Source: Felis catus (Eukaryota). Taken from it: a stretch of DNA of 64,000 nt. A model generated the notes under the pieces. That model ran no database searches, was not told the origin of the DNA, and worked only from the letters and a program-made list of their open reading frames with translations. Each line of letters starts with the position of its first letter. Position 1 is the first letter of the stretch. Position numbers and translations under genes: made by a program. The stretch lies in NCBI RefSeq assembly GCF_018350175.1, contig NC_058369.1:2358001-2422000 (forward strand), in the 5' to 3' direction. This document shows, piece by piece, positions 24,110 to 36,984 of the stretch.

Positions 24110-24575
24110 TTTAATATTTATTTTTGGGAGAGAGCAAGTCGGGAAGGGGCACAGAGAGGGGGACAGAGGATCCAAACCAGGCTTTGCGCTGACAGGAGGT
24201 GCCCCCCTTTTTAAAAGGAGATTTTTATTTTTATTTTTTTAATGTTCATTTATTTTGAGAAAGAGAGACTGCGCAAGCAAGGGAGGGGCAGACAGAGAGA
24301 GAAAGAGAGAAAGAGAAAGGGAGAGAGAATCCCAAGCAGGCTCCGCTCTGTCAGCACAGAGCCTGACGTGGGGGCTCGATCCCACAAACCACGAGATCGT
24401 GACCTGAGCCAAAACCAAGAGTCGGATGCTTGACTGACTCAACCACCCAGGCTTCCCTCTTTTTTTTTTTTTTTCTATTTTATTTTCAAGTGATTCCTAC
24501 ACCCGACGTGGGGCTTGAACTCACAGCCCCGAGGTGAGGAGTCGCACGCTCCACCGACCGAACCAGCCAGGCGTC
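24110..24575 (-). mobile_element. CAN-SINE cluster (partial and full copies)
   Basis: SINE body and T-rich tails on the + strand. Confidence 0.8.
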
Positions 24576-24924
24576 CCTCACTCTGGCATTCTACTTGTGG
24601 GGGTGACCGGGCCTCAGTTTTCTCCTCTGCAACATGGGAGTCCTACAAGTCCCAGAAAATTGTGGGATGCAATGAAATAGGGCACGAGGGCCCCTTAGCT
24701 GGGGGTTAGCACAGAGGTATGAGCATTTGGGCAGCTGTCCTCTCTGACCGTCAGTTTCTTCTTCTATAAAGTGGGCGTGTTGTCAGTACTTGTTTGAGTG
24801 GAGACTTGGAACAAGGGGGGTGAAGTGCTCAGAACAGGGTCTGGTGCCCGTACGTGCTAAATATACAAGAATTCAAAAATGTAGTCCTAAATACACACGT
24901 CGCCCAACCTGGAGACACAACAGC

Positions 24925-24927
<3 letters not shown>

Positions 24928-24977
<50 letters not shown>
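24928..24977. repeat. (CA)n microsatellite
   Basis: Direct inspection. Confidence 0.92.
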
Positions 24978-24979
<2 letters not shown>

Positions 24980-25844
24980 CTACTGCCCCAGGAAGAGTGC
25001 TTTCTGTACAAACCAGGCTGTCCACTTGGGTCCCCGGCCCATGGGCTATTTGCATTTAAAGGTAAATGAATTGCAACGACAGAAAATTGAAAACTCACTC
25101 CCTCAGTTGCCCCGGCCACTTCTCAAGGGCCCCAAGGCCACCACTTCTCAAGGGCCCCAAGGCCACGAGAAGCTAGCCTGTCGGGCAGCCGGGAGCTAGA
25201 ATAGTGTCACCTTGGAAGAAAGAGACGGTGGGCGGGGCCTGTGGAGACCCTCCCCAAGGTCACGCAGTGCGTGCAGCGTGTTCCAGGGGCGTCCACACGG
25301 GGGCAGCGTGTCACACGGTCTGGGCCCTGTGCCACCGCGCAGTCTGGTCCAGGGTCCTTCCCTCTGCACTTGGACATCCGGGGCCCGGTGGTTCTTTGGG
25401 GTCGCACTGTGTGGGCTGAGCCTCATCCCCCGCCCCTTCGATGCCAGGAGCACCCCAGTCGGGACAACCACAGATGTCCCCAGACACGGCCCAGTGTCCC
25501 CCGCGGGCAGGATCTCCCCGAGTCGTGAGAACCAGAAATGTCACCAACGTTGCTGTCTCTTGGCAAAATCACGCTCAGCTGAGAGTCGCCGTTTCAGTGA
25601 ATCCACTCATCACACGCACAAGGATTAAATTATGAAAACAGGAAGCAGCGGAGAGCCTTCAAGCCTTTTCCGTCCGTGACATCTCCATCCAGTTCAAAGT
25701 CTGTACACACGCCCATATACATACACTCGCTCGCTCGGGGCGTGCATTTCAGTGCGAACATGACCCCAGGGAAAGTGATACAAGCTGCCCCTTGCCCTTG
25801 CAAAGCATGGTGCACTGTGCTAGTTTCTAGCTTAAAAACTTTTT

Positions 25845-26040
25845 CGTTAATGTTGATTTATTTTTGAGAGACAGAGCGTGAGCAGGGGAGGGGCGGAGAG
25901 AGAGGGAGACACAGAATCCGAAGTAGGCTCCGGGCTCCGAGCTATCGCACAGGGCCCGACGCGGGGCTCGAACTCCCGAGCCGTCAGATCATGACCTGAG
26001 CCAAAGTCGGACGCTTAACCGACTGAGCCACCCGGGGCCT
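25845..26040 (-). mobile_element. CAN-SINE
   Basis: Typical SINE body. Confidence 0.85.
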
Positions 26041-26289
26041 CTGGGTCAAGACTGATTAAATTGATTCCTTGACGAACAGATGGACAAAAACGATGGCTCA
26101 GCGCACGGGCTGGGATCCGAACTGGGAACCCGATCCCTGAGGCCCCTTCGACTAGGAGAGGAGCCACGGTGACGGGGTCACAGCATGGAGACGGTCCTGC
26201 CACAGCGTGACGGGTCTTGCACGTGTGACGCGGAGCAGAGGGGAGGCAGACACCAAGGAACGCCAGCAGCCCGATGCGGTTCAAGAGCA

Positions 26290-27150
26290 AGCCAGACTAC
26301 CCCACTTAAAACACAGGCCGACGGCTGTTCTCCAGAGAGATCTACAAAGATCCAAGGAGCACGCGAAAAGATGCTCACCATCATCCGTCGTCAGGGAAAT
26401 GCAGATCAAAACCACAGTGAGTTTCCACTTCCTACCCGCTAGGACAGCTAGAGTAATAATAATGATAATAATAAATAATGATTAAAAAAAAAATCCGGAA
26501 AGTCAGACGTGTTGGTGAGGACATAGCAAAAGCGGGGGCCCCGGTGCACGGCTGGTGGGGACAGAAAAGCGTGCAACGCTGTGCAAGACGGTCTGGCGGC
26601 TCCTCAAAAGATGAAACACAGAGTGACCGTCAGACCCAGTGAGTCACCCCAGGTTTCTGCCCACAAGAACCGGAATCAGGGACTTGAAGACGTGCTTGTT
26701 CACCCGTGTTCACGCCAGCATGACTCACACCAGCCAAGAGATGGGAACAGACAGCAGGTGAACGGATACGCACAACCGGAATATGATCCAGCCTTAAAAA
26801 GGACGTCCTGCCACCACGTGGATGGACCCGGAGGTCACCGTGCGCGGTGACAGGAGCCGGACACAGAAGGACACGTCCTGCGCCACCCCACTCACAGGGG
26901 GTCCCTAGAGGAGTCCCCGTCCGTCCACAGGGACAGAGAGTGGATGGCGGGAGCCAGGGGTGGGGCAGGGGGCGGGGAGTCCGTGCTTCCTGGGGGCAGG
27001 GCCTCAGTCTGGGGAGGTGGAAAGTTCTGGAGACGGATGGCAGGGGTGGCACGCGACGTTCACAGCTAGGTGCACGTGCTTGACGCCGCTGAGCTGTGCA
27101 CTTAGAAAGGGTTAAAGCGGCAAGTTTGATGTCATGTACTTCTGCTATGG
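26290..27150 (+). mobile_element. L1MB-like 3' portion with GC-rich terminal part
   Basis: AGGGAAATGCAGATCAAAACCACAGTGAG ... AAAGTTCTGGAGACGGATGG ... GCACTTAGAAAGGGTTAAA. Confidence 0.75.
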
Positions 27151-28259
27151 CTAAAAAGTATCAAGAAAACAAACATACAAGCAAAAACCCCACACCTGCT
27201 TGGGTCGGGAAAACAGAGCCGCGCACGGCTCAGGGAGCTGGGTTGGAGGGAAGGGCCGGGGGCTGGGATGGCAGGACCCCTGCCCGGGTGGGGGCGGGGC
27301 GGGGGAGTAGCAGGGACTTCGCCTGAGCCTAGGGCCTCCAGACGGACTCCAGGCCCCCCCCCCCCCCCCCCCCCCGGTTAAATGAGCAAGGGACACTCTT
27401 ACACGGAAACATTATTCGTTGTTTATCTGAACTTGCCACTTAACTGGGCGCCACGAGACTTTATTTGCCAAGCCCAGCTGTGCCCACCCTGCGGGCCCCC
27501 CTCCGGGGCCTCGATCCCGAGCAAGAATGGGAGCCTGGCCGCTTCCTGCGGTGGCCAGCAGGAGGCGCTGCGCCCGGCCACGTGGCTGTGGGCACGGAGG
27601 CTGGCGGGGAGGGGGCTCCCAAGGACCCTGACTGCGCCTGCGTCCCAGGGCGGGGGAGGGGGTGGGAGGGGCGGTCCCGCTGCTCACGTGTCTGCTCTTA
27701 TCTGCCCGCTCGCCCCTGAACTTTGGGGACTTTTATTGCTGGACCCAGATAAGGAGAAGTAAGCCAAGAGTTTTCAGAGAAAGCTCAGAACCGAAAGCCT
27801 TTACGGGCACACCCTCAGGAGCCTAGGTGCAGAGGGAGGGGTGCTGGGGAAGGATGCTGGGCGAGACCCAGCTCCACCCCTGGGGGGCCTCACTTTCCCT
27901 CTCTGAAGTCGGGGGCAGAGGGAGAGGAGTATTTCCTAAAGGCGTGCAACATGGCCTTGCTTGCCCCGTGAGGAGTGATGGTTATTCCCAAAGGGCGGTG
28001 TTGATTCTAAGGTGCATGGGGAGGGGGGAGGGGGATTTTTTGACGATTCTTTCGGGGGGGTCCTGTCGAGTGAGGCCGGATGTGTGCACAGTCCGTTCTT
28101 GTGACTCACGACAAAGTCGACTCGCCGCGGACGCGGAGTGAGTGGGAGCCCAAGAAGGGCTCCGGGAGGAAATCTGGGGTGAGGGTCCCGTGAGTCTCTG
28201 TTCACAACGCTTTCGTCAACCCGTCGATAGGTAACCTTGCGTCATGTGTTTCTGTTTAA

Positions 28260-28720
28260 AATGTTTTTCTTTGAAGTTTTATTCCTTTCTTTTGAGAGAG
28301 GCCGAGACAGCGTGAGCAGGGGAGGGGCAGAGAGAGAAAGAGAGAGAGAGACAGAGAGACAATATCCCAAGCTGATTCTGAGCTGCCGGTGCAGAGCCAA
28401 ACGTGGGGCTCGAATCCGCGAACTGTGAGATCGTGACCTGAGCTGAAACCAAGAGTCGGTGCTCAACCCGCTGAGCCCCCCGGGCGCCCCATGTGTTTCT
28501 GTTTAAAGACACCCTCTTTAAAAAAAATTGTAAGTTTATTTATTTTAAGAGAGCAAGCGAGCAGGGGAGGGGCAGAGAGAGAGAGAGAGAAAGAGAGACT
28601 CCCAAGCAGGCTCCGCACTGTCAGCCCGATTCCGGGCTCAAACTCACGAACTGCGAGATCATGCCCCGAGTGGAAATCGAGAGTCGGATGCTTAACCGAC
28701 TGCGCCCCCCGGGCGCCTCC
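28260..28720 (-). mobile_element. Two adjacent CAN-SINEs
   Basis: SINE bodies; the first is flanked by duplicated CATGTGTTTCTGTTTAAA (28243 and 28490). Confidence 0.85.
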
Positions 28721-29879
28721 CAAAGACACCCTCTATAATGTATGTTGTTGCTTCATAACCCAGCCCCCGGCCGCCTCACCCCAGCTCACCACGATGGGAG
28801 GAACGGAACTCGACGTGGGTCAGTACTTTCTCCATAAGACAAGTCACAGCCTCTGGAGCTTAGGAACACCAGCCAGCCCAGGAGGCTCGGGGGGCCAGCG
28901 CAAACAGCAAAATCGCCCACAAGAAGCGCAAAAAAGCAAACGAAATGTGGCACTCGACAGCCCACGGAAGGGACGCTGGTTTACGGTCGGAGCTGGGACA
29001 AGAGGGCGGAGTGTCCCCTTTCTCGCCCTCAGCTGGGAATGGGCACGTGGGGGCGGCTCCCGCCGTTTGCCCCCCGGTGCTCATCCACAAATGACTGAAA
29101 AGTGCCTTGAGTGGTGATTTCAGGGGTGCAGATAAACGCGAGTCAGTGAGTTTGCCAACACGGACTGTATGAACCATGAGGGTTGGCCGTGTATACGTTT
29201 ATTTATTTCCGTTTCTATATTCCCCAGGTCCGTTCACCAAGGGGGCTTGAGATGGACACCCCGGGGGGAATGAGCACACTCAGGGCCCACATGTTGGCTT
29301 CTAAATACCACCCTCCTGTAGAAGGATCCCGTATTAATCGTGTCTTTTTCTTCCCCCTTTGTTTTCTGATGCTTTGATGTCTTGGGGGCTTGCTGACCTT
29401 GGAGACACCAAAGCTATAGGGGGTTCCAGAGATAGCAAACAAACTGCCCATAGTGTATCTTTTACCCGCAAGCCAGCCAGTCCAGAGTCCACACCCCAAC
29501 TCGAGCCTCCTGGGGGGCTCTCACGCTCAGGACCACCGCTCTCCATCCTCATCACCCCAGAGCCTGGTGCCAGGTAGCTGGGGGAGGGGGGTGGGTCCCT
29601 TATGTCCTAGACTCTTCTGCAATTATACACAGCAGTCAATCCTAAATTTGCCAGCTTGCTTACCCTGCCTCACCCGGCCCTCGCCTGGAGATCATAATAA
29701 AGGCTTTTGCCCATGTTTCCTGGCCCCCACCCACCTCCTGACTGACCCTGGTGCTTCCCCGTGTGGCCCTGCCTCCCGTTTTCAGGGATCCCAGAGGACA
29801 AGTTTCTTCCTACGTGACAGGCATTCCCGTGTCTGCATGTCTTGCCGCACTGAAGAAAATAAGTCCTGGGTGCATTAAA

Positions 29880-30090
29880 AAAAATATTTTTAATGTTTAT
29901 TTATTTTTGAGAGAGAGAGAGAGCATGAGTGGGGGATGGACAGAGACAGAGGGAGACACAGAATCCGCAACAGGCTCCAGGCTCCGAGCTGTCGGCACAG
30001 AGTCTGATGTGGGGCTTGAACCCATGAACCGTGAGATCATGACCCAAGCTGAAGTCAGACGCCTAACCGACTGAACCACCCGGGTGCCCC
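29880..30090 (-). mobile_element. CAN-SINE
   Basis: SINE body; TCCTGGGTGCATT duplicated at both flanks. Confidence 0.85.
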
Positions 30091-30379
30091 TCTCCTGGGT
30101 GCATTTTAAAACAGGCCCAGGGCTCATGGGAGAAATGGCCAATTCTGGGGCTGGGGGATGGAAAATAGAGGCTAAGCTTGAGGCATCTTTTTATACCAGG
30201 AAGTAGGGAAATATTCACAGAAGAGCCAGGACCTGTCAATAGGACACAGGAACCACCCTGAAGGGACCTCCCTGGGCAAGTCTGGGATCATTGGAACAGA
30301 AAAACAGATAAAGGCAATAGTGAATCCTAAACAATTTTTTTAAAAAGTGAGAATCCATGAGTTTATGAAAGAAAGAGAG

Positions 30380-30422
30380 AGGAAGGAAGGAAGGAAGGAA
30401 GGAAGGAAGGAAGGAAGGAAGG
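30380..30422. repeat. (GGAA)n tetranucleotide repeat
   Basis: Direct inspection. Confidence 0.9.
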
Positions 30423-31349
30423 GTAACAGAGAGATAGGGAAGAGCCAGATTGAGGAAGGAGGGTTCTCACACTGGAGAAATAGCATCCCAGACAGAGGGC
30501 ACAGCCCGTGCAAAGGTCCTGGGGCAGGTCCAGGCCTGGTGTGTTGGAGGAACAGACAGGAAGCTCGTGTGGCTGGAGTAGAGTGGGAGAGGCAGAGAGA
30601 ACGAGGAGGGGAGGGCAGGGAGAGGACAGAAGCACGTTGTGCATGGCATGTGTCAGGCCCCAGGGAAGATTTGGGCTTTTACCCCAAGGAGGTGGGAGCC
30701 CTGGAGGACTGTGGACAGAGGAGGGACAGGACCTTAATCAGATTAAAAAATTAAAAAAAATTTTTTTTTCAAAGTTTATTTTTGAGAGACAGAGATGGAG
30801 TGTGAGTGGGGGAGGGTCAGAGAGAGAAGGAGACACAGAATCTGAAACAGGCTCCAGGCTCTGAGCGGTCAGCACAGAGCCCGATGCGGGGCTCGAACTC
30901 ACGAACCCGCAAGATCCCAGTCAAAGTCCGATTCTTAACTGACTGAGCTCCCCAGAAACCCCTGATTTAAATTCAATGATAGATTCAACAGGAAAGAGGC
31001 TTCTCCACTTGATCTCTATCCCCTGGAAATGGAGCAGGGACTGTCCCTGGCCATGCATGGTGGCGTCTCAGAAGCCACCTCCTACCCCGGGCTCAGAATG
31101 AGCTTGTTTAAATGCGGCTTCCTGGGCCTGGCTTTGCGCAGAAGCCAATCCAGTGGCGTGAGGGCCGTCTCCACCATGAACCACATTCTGGGAGTTTCTG
31201 CCCGCCCAGAGAAGCTGCGTAGACCTCTCGTGTTACCAGTGTAGCCGGGGGACTGCAGACCATTTTGCCCTAGTTTGGGAATGAGAAACTTAACCTGCAC
31301 ACGGGAAGAAATGGTTTATAACTTTTTTTTAACCCAAGTTTTTTTTTTT

Positions 31350-31790
31350 AATGTTTATTTATTTATTTTATTTTTTTTTTAATTTTTTTTTCAACATTTA
31401 TTTATTTTTGGGACAGAGAGAGACAGAGCATGAACGGGGGAGGGGCAGAGAGAGAGGGAGACACAGAATCGGAAACAGGCTCCAGGCTCCGAGCCATCAG
31501 CCCAGAGCCCGACGCGGGGCTCGAACTCCCGGACCGCGAGATCGTGACCTGGCTGAAGTCGGACGCTTAACCGACTGCGCCACCCAGGCGCCCCAATGTT
31601 TATTTATTTTTGAGAGAGACAGAGTGTGAATGGGAGATGGGCAGAGAAAGCAGAGGGACAGAGGATCTGAAGCAGGCTCTCTGGTGACAGCAGTGAGGCC
31701 AGTGCGGGGCTCGAACTCGTGAACTGCGAGATCGTGACCTGAGCTGAAATCAGGAGCCTGATGCTCAACCGACTGAGCTACCCAGGCGCC
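31350..31790 (-). mobile_element. Young SINEC_Fc nested in the tail of an older CAN-SINE
   Basis: AATGTTTATTTATTT duplicated at 31350 and 31595 around the inner element. Confidence 0.85.
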
Positions 31791-31898
31791 CGTAGAATTT
31801 TTTTTTTTTTTTAAAGAAAATCTTGACTCAGTTATTTGCCTGAGGTCTCGGTACAAGCTGAAATTAGTAAAATATAAGACCTTAATCAGGCCTTCTCC

Positions 31899-31961
31899 CC
31901 TTCCTTCCTTCCTTCCTTCCTTCCTTCCTTCCTTCCTTCCTTCCTTCCTTCCTTCCTTCCT
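31899..31961. repeat. (CCTT)n tetranucleotide repeat
   Basis: Direct inspection. Confidence 0.92.
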
Positions 31962-33469
31962 ATTTAGTATCTTCCTTGATGCCCCGTGTGTGAGCAGCTG
32001 CATGGTGGGCAGATCCTGAGACCTGGCCATTGAAAAATCTCCAATTTGGAGAAGACAGCACTGTACACAGATGCCTTTAGCTCCAAGGGGCAGAAGAGGG
32101 GACCTGAGGCTGGGGAAACCCCAGGGAAGGAAAGAAGCATTTGTCAGAAGGAGGCTGGCAGAGATCATGCAGAGGTGGGGGCATTTAAGCTGGGGCTTTA
32201 AAGGATAAGTAGAAGTTCACCACTCCCGGCTATTGAAAAACCACAAGTCTGGGAGAGACAATGTCAATCACAGATGCTCCGAACCGTGTGGGGCAGGGGC
32301 TGGAGTCCCTGTGGGACTTGGGGCTGAGGTCCTCAGGAGTGGGAAATTGGGTTCTGTGTGGAGGGAGTAGGCAGGGAAGGCTGCATGGAGGAGAAGACGT
32401 TGGGGTGCAGCTTTGGAAATCGGCAAAGCAGAGAGGGCGAGAAGAATGTTCCAGGCAGATTACAGCGCAGGCAGAGCTCAAGGCGTGAGCCTGCCTGGAG
32501 GGTTTGTAGGACTGCGGCAAGTTCAGCCTAACCGAGAGGACTGAGTCTAGGCGGGGAGTTTCTGGGGGACTCTAGGACAGTAATGTTCTCAGGAGCCTGG
32601 TCGTGCAGGGCTGAGGTGGAGAGAGGGTGTGAGGCTTAGGGAGTCTGCGGGGAGGAGATGAAATTTCTGCCAAACATTTGAGCTGAGGATTTGAAGGATG
32701 AGTAGGAGTTTGCTAGCCCTGACCCTTCAGCAGCCCCTGAACTAGGGAGGAAGTTTGCACGGAAGGAACCCGGACAGAGAAAGGGACCAGATGGGGAGCC
32801 AGCAAGGCAGGGGAGGGGGGCAGTGCTCTGCTCAGAAGGGTCAGGAGACTCACTCATTCCTTCAGTGCCTCCTTCCTGACACCTTGGCCTGGAGCTGAAG
32901 ACTGGGGACCAGAAGGTGACAAAAGTCCAGTCTTTGCCTCCAGGAATCCACTGGGAGCGGGCCTTGAAGGTTCCCCAGGAGGCAAACCGAGGGAGGAGGG
33001 GTCAGGATGAAAAGGGTCCTGGGTTGACCGTTGTACCACTGGGATAATGCACAGTAGCAATTATTACTATTATTGTGGTCGTCGTGGTTCTGTCATTATT
33101 GCGACAGAAGACGGCACTCGTAGACCGTTTACTGGGTAGTAGGCCTTGTTTTCAGCATTGTGCGTACATTCAATCTTCTGAGATAGGTGACGGTTCTATT
33201 TGCTTTATAAAAAGGAAATGGAGAAAGATTGAGTCACTGCCTCAAGGTCACGGCTCAAGGTCTCCAAGCTGGGATGTGAACCTAGAAACCGAAGGGGCAG
33301 AATCTGGGCCGCTACCGACCAGGCCGCTTCTCGCCATTCCCAAGCCTCCAGCTGGTGCCGCCCCATCATCATCACCAGCCTGGACCCGCACAGTTCCCCC
33401 CCCCCGCCCCCCTCCCCCACGGTGTCTGTCCTCCCCAGAGAAGCCACCAGAGGGCGCCCGTGAGCACCT

Positions 33470-34590
33470 GAGTCCGTTCCTTCCCCCGCCTCGGCTCACA
33501 GCCCTCCAGGGCTCCCGCCTCCCTGGGGTAAAAGCCCAAGTCCTCTCTGAGGCCCCCAAGGCCCTATAGGACCTACTCCTGTCCCCTCCCTGCCTTCCCC
33601 TCCTCCCTCTCTTCCCCGTTCACTCTGCTCCAGCCACACGGGTTCCCTGGCTGTTCCTCCAACTTTGCGGGCCCTGTCCTGCCCCAGGACCTTTGCACTG
33701 GCTCTCTCTGCTACCTGGAATGCTCTTCTTGTAGATAGACTTGTGCCTTGCTCACTTCCTCAGAGAATGCTGCCTTAATCCTTGCATCCATGTATCCACT
33801 CCCTTCCTAAGCCCCGTACTCTGCTTATGTTTTTGTCTTTAGCGTGTACTACTAATGTCAATATACAGTTGCCTCTTGAACGACTGGGGGGTTAAGGGTG
33901 GCGACACGCCACACGGTCAAAAATGTATGCATAACTTCTGCCTCCCCCAAGACTTAACTATCAATAGCCTACCGTTGATCCAAAGCCTTACCGATAACAT
34001 AAACCGACCGACACGTATTTTGTATGTTACCTGTATTATTTACTGTATTCTTACAAATAAGTCAGCGAAAGACAATGTTATTAAGAAAATCATCCCCTGC
34101 CACCCTTTCCCTTTCCACTTTCAGAAAAAAAAAAATCATAAGGAGGATAGAAAATACATTTATAGCGCTGTATTTATCAAACAAAGTGGTGTGAAAGTGG
34201 ACCCGTGCAGTTCAGAGGGGTGTTGTTCAAGGGTCTGCTGTATTTTATTTTATTGTTATTTTTTTTTAAGTTTATTTCTTCTTGAGAGAGAGGGAGGGAG
34301 CGCGAGCGAGGGGAGAGAAAATCCCAAGCAGCGCGGGGCTCCATCCGACGAAGCAGCGAGAGACCATTGACCTGCGTGGAAATCAAGAGCCGGATGCCTA
34401 ATCGACTGAGTCCCCCAGGAGCCCGGGGCCAGTTTATTTTAATTACTTCTATCTGTTTATTGTCTGTGTGCCTCCACTTACAATGTGAGCTCCCCGACGG
34501 CAGGGATTTTTATCTGTTTTTCTTCATTGCTGCGTCCCCAGCACCCAGAACTGTGCCTAGATCACAGTAGGTGCTCAATAAATGGTTGTG
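33470..34590 (+). mobile_element. LINE-2 3' fragment split by Tigger and SINE insertions
   Basis: CCTTTGCACTGGCT...CCTGGAATGCTCTT; ends CCCAGCACCCAGAACTGTGCCTAGATCACAGTAGGTGCTCAATAAAT. Confidence 0.75.
33866..34240. mobile_element. Tigger2-like non-autonomous TcMar DNA transposon
   Basis: Imperfect TIRs CAGTTGCCTCTTGAAC / GTTCAAGGGTCTGCTG with TA on both sides; AT-rich interior; inserted within an L2 3' fragment. Confidence 0.8.
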
Positions 34591-34714
34591 GGATTAGAAA
34601 CTGGCTCTATCATGTTCATTCAGCCCATTGTAATGATGATCCTGACTATTTATTGAGTGCTTTCCGCGTTCAAGCCTATGTAGGAGGATTTTAGTCATTG
34701 ATCTATCTATCTAT

Positions 34715-36020
34715 CTAAAGCTGCGGTTTACACACCCCAAAATTCACCGTTTTAAATAGTATGATTCAGTGGGTTTGGGTATGTTTACTATGGTGTGCAA
34801 CCATTACCACTAATTCCAGAACATTCTATCACCCAAAAAAGAAACCCGTCCCCATCAGGAGTCACCTCCCATCCCTCCCCCTCCCCCAGCCCCCACGAGA
34901 GCCCCCTTCCCGTCCGTGGATGAGCCTGTTCTGGACGTTTCACACACTGGGACTCACACCCCGTGGGGCCTCTCGCGTCCGGCTCCCTCTCTGAGCGTCG
35001 CGTGTTCGGGTCCGTCCGCGGGGCGGCGGGGGTGGGCGCCTCGCTCCTGCTCGCGGCGGGGGGACCTGCGCGTGCGCGGTGGGCTCCTAGTATTTGCACA
35101 CCCATCCTTTGATGGACGTCTGGGCTGCTCCCACTTTTTGGCTGTTGTGAATCATGGTGCCGTGGACGTTCATGGGCACGAGGCTCGCGGTTCCTCCACA
35201 CCCTGGCCAGCTCGTCCTACTGTCTGTCCTATTGTCCGTCCTTTCTCCTCGTGGCGTGGCATCTCTCCGTAGTTGAGCTTCGCATTTCCCTGGTAACTAA
35301 TGATGTTGGGGATCTTTTTTTTTTTTTTTTCTTTTCAATCACACAAACCAGAATTTTTCGGAGCCTCTTTTCATGTGCTTATTGGTAGGTGATCCCGTGG
35401 TAGGTAAAGGTTTAAACTTTTAATTTTTTTATTATTATTAAAAAAAAATTTTTTTTAACATTTATTCATTTTTGAGAGACAGAGATACAGAGCACAAGCT
35501 GGGGAAGGGCAGAGAGCGAGGGAGACACAGAATCCGAAGCAGGCTCCAGGCTCTGAGCTGTCAGCACAGAGCCCGACGCGGGGCTCGAACCCACGAACTG
35601 TGAGATCGTGACCTGAGCCGAAGTCAGATGCTCAACCGACTGAGCCACTCAGGCGCCCCAGGTTTAAACTTTTTAGACCCCAGCGCACTGTTTTCCCCTG
35701 GGGCGCCCCCACTTCGTGTTCCCGCCCGCTGTGGATGAGACCTCCCGTTGTCCCTGTTCCTGCTAGCACTTACTATGGTCAGACTTTTTCGTCTTAGCCA
35801 TTCTGGCTAATTTGCTTTTTCCCAAGTGCTCGTGGACCCTCCGTATGTCTTCTTGGGTAGAGAGCAAAACCTAATACGTACGGAGGTGTGCAGTACGCAT
35901 ATGCCTGAGTGCCTGGTACCCACCAGGCCGGGTGTCGGGCGCCGGGAACAAAACCGTAACCCTCACGGACCCGGAGCCCCTCGGTCGCCTTGGATTGCGC
36001 CGGCTTTGAGAAAGCGAAAA
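34715..36020 (-). mobile_element. L1MB-like fragment interrupted by a SINE
   Basis: AAAATTCACCGTTTTAAA...GTGCAACCATTACCACTAATTCCAGAACATT; GCATTTCCCTGGTAACTAATGATGTTG. Confidence 0.72.
35422..35659 (-). mobile_element. CAN-SINE with 14-bp TSD inside an L1 fragment
   Basis: AGGTTTAAACTTTT at 35408-35421 and 35660-35673. Confidence 0.9.
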
Positions 36021-36191
36021 AATGCGCCCGCCAAGAGCCTCTGCGATGGCGGGTTGGGGACAGCGCTGGGGACACACGGCAGGACAAAGACTCAAGCCTC
36101 CCTCAGGCTCCTGGGGAGCTAAGTGTCCACGTGATGCTGGTGAGTTCCTTCTTTCTTTCTTGTTTTTCTTTTAAAGTGCAAGCAGGGGAGG

Positions 36192-36229
<38 letters not shown>

Positions 36230-36984
36230 CCTAAGCAGGCTCCGCGCTGTTCAACGTGGAGCCCGATGGGGGGCTCGAACTCATGAACTGTGAGATCACG
36301 ACCTGAGCTGGCGCTCTGACCCTGGGTGCCCCTCCGACCTGCCTGCCCCAGCCTGGGCCCCCTCACCTTTGCTCTGTGCCAGGAAACGGCCTCTCCCCCA
36401 GCCTCCGGACCCCTCATAAAATTGAACTCCTCAAGGCACGGGAGGCCAACTTCCAAGGACAGCGGAGGCCAGGAGGCCACCAGGAGCCAGGAAGGCAGGG
36501 CCTCCCAGCCATCAAGGTGTGGCAGCCACGGACTTTGTCTCTCTGGGTGGGGAAACCCAAGTCAGCGTTTAGCAACTGCCTGGGCCTTGGAGCCAGTTCA
36601 CTGTCTCTCTGTGGACCTCAGTTTCCCTATTTACCCACTGGGGCCCTTCCTGGTATACGCCCAGCTCCCTGCCCGTAGCAGGCACTGGGAGAATGGATGA
36701 GAAGGAGGAGGCGCCCCCTGTGGATCTGCTCCCCGCACCTCCCCCTACTTCCTCCTCCCAGGCCCCCCTCCTCCCCTCCTCCCCAGCAGAGCTGTGGTAG
36801 GAGGGGCGGCACCCATGAACAAGGGCACAGGGACTCCTCTCCCCCCAGAGTGAGCCTCTCCCTGCCCTCAGCTGCAGTCCCAACCCCGCCTGTCCCTGCC
36901 TCAGTGTCCCTTTAAACATTTTATGCATTTATTAAGCACCTAAGGTTTACCTGACATGTGATGAATCTCACGCTTATTTTTAAA

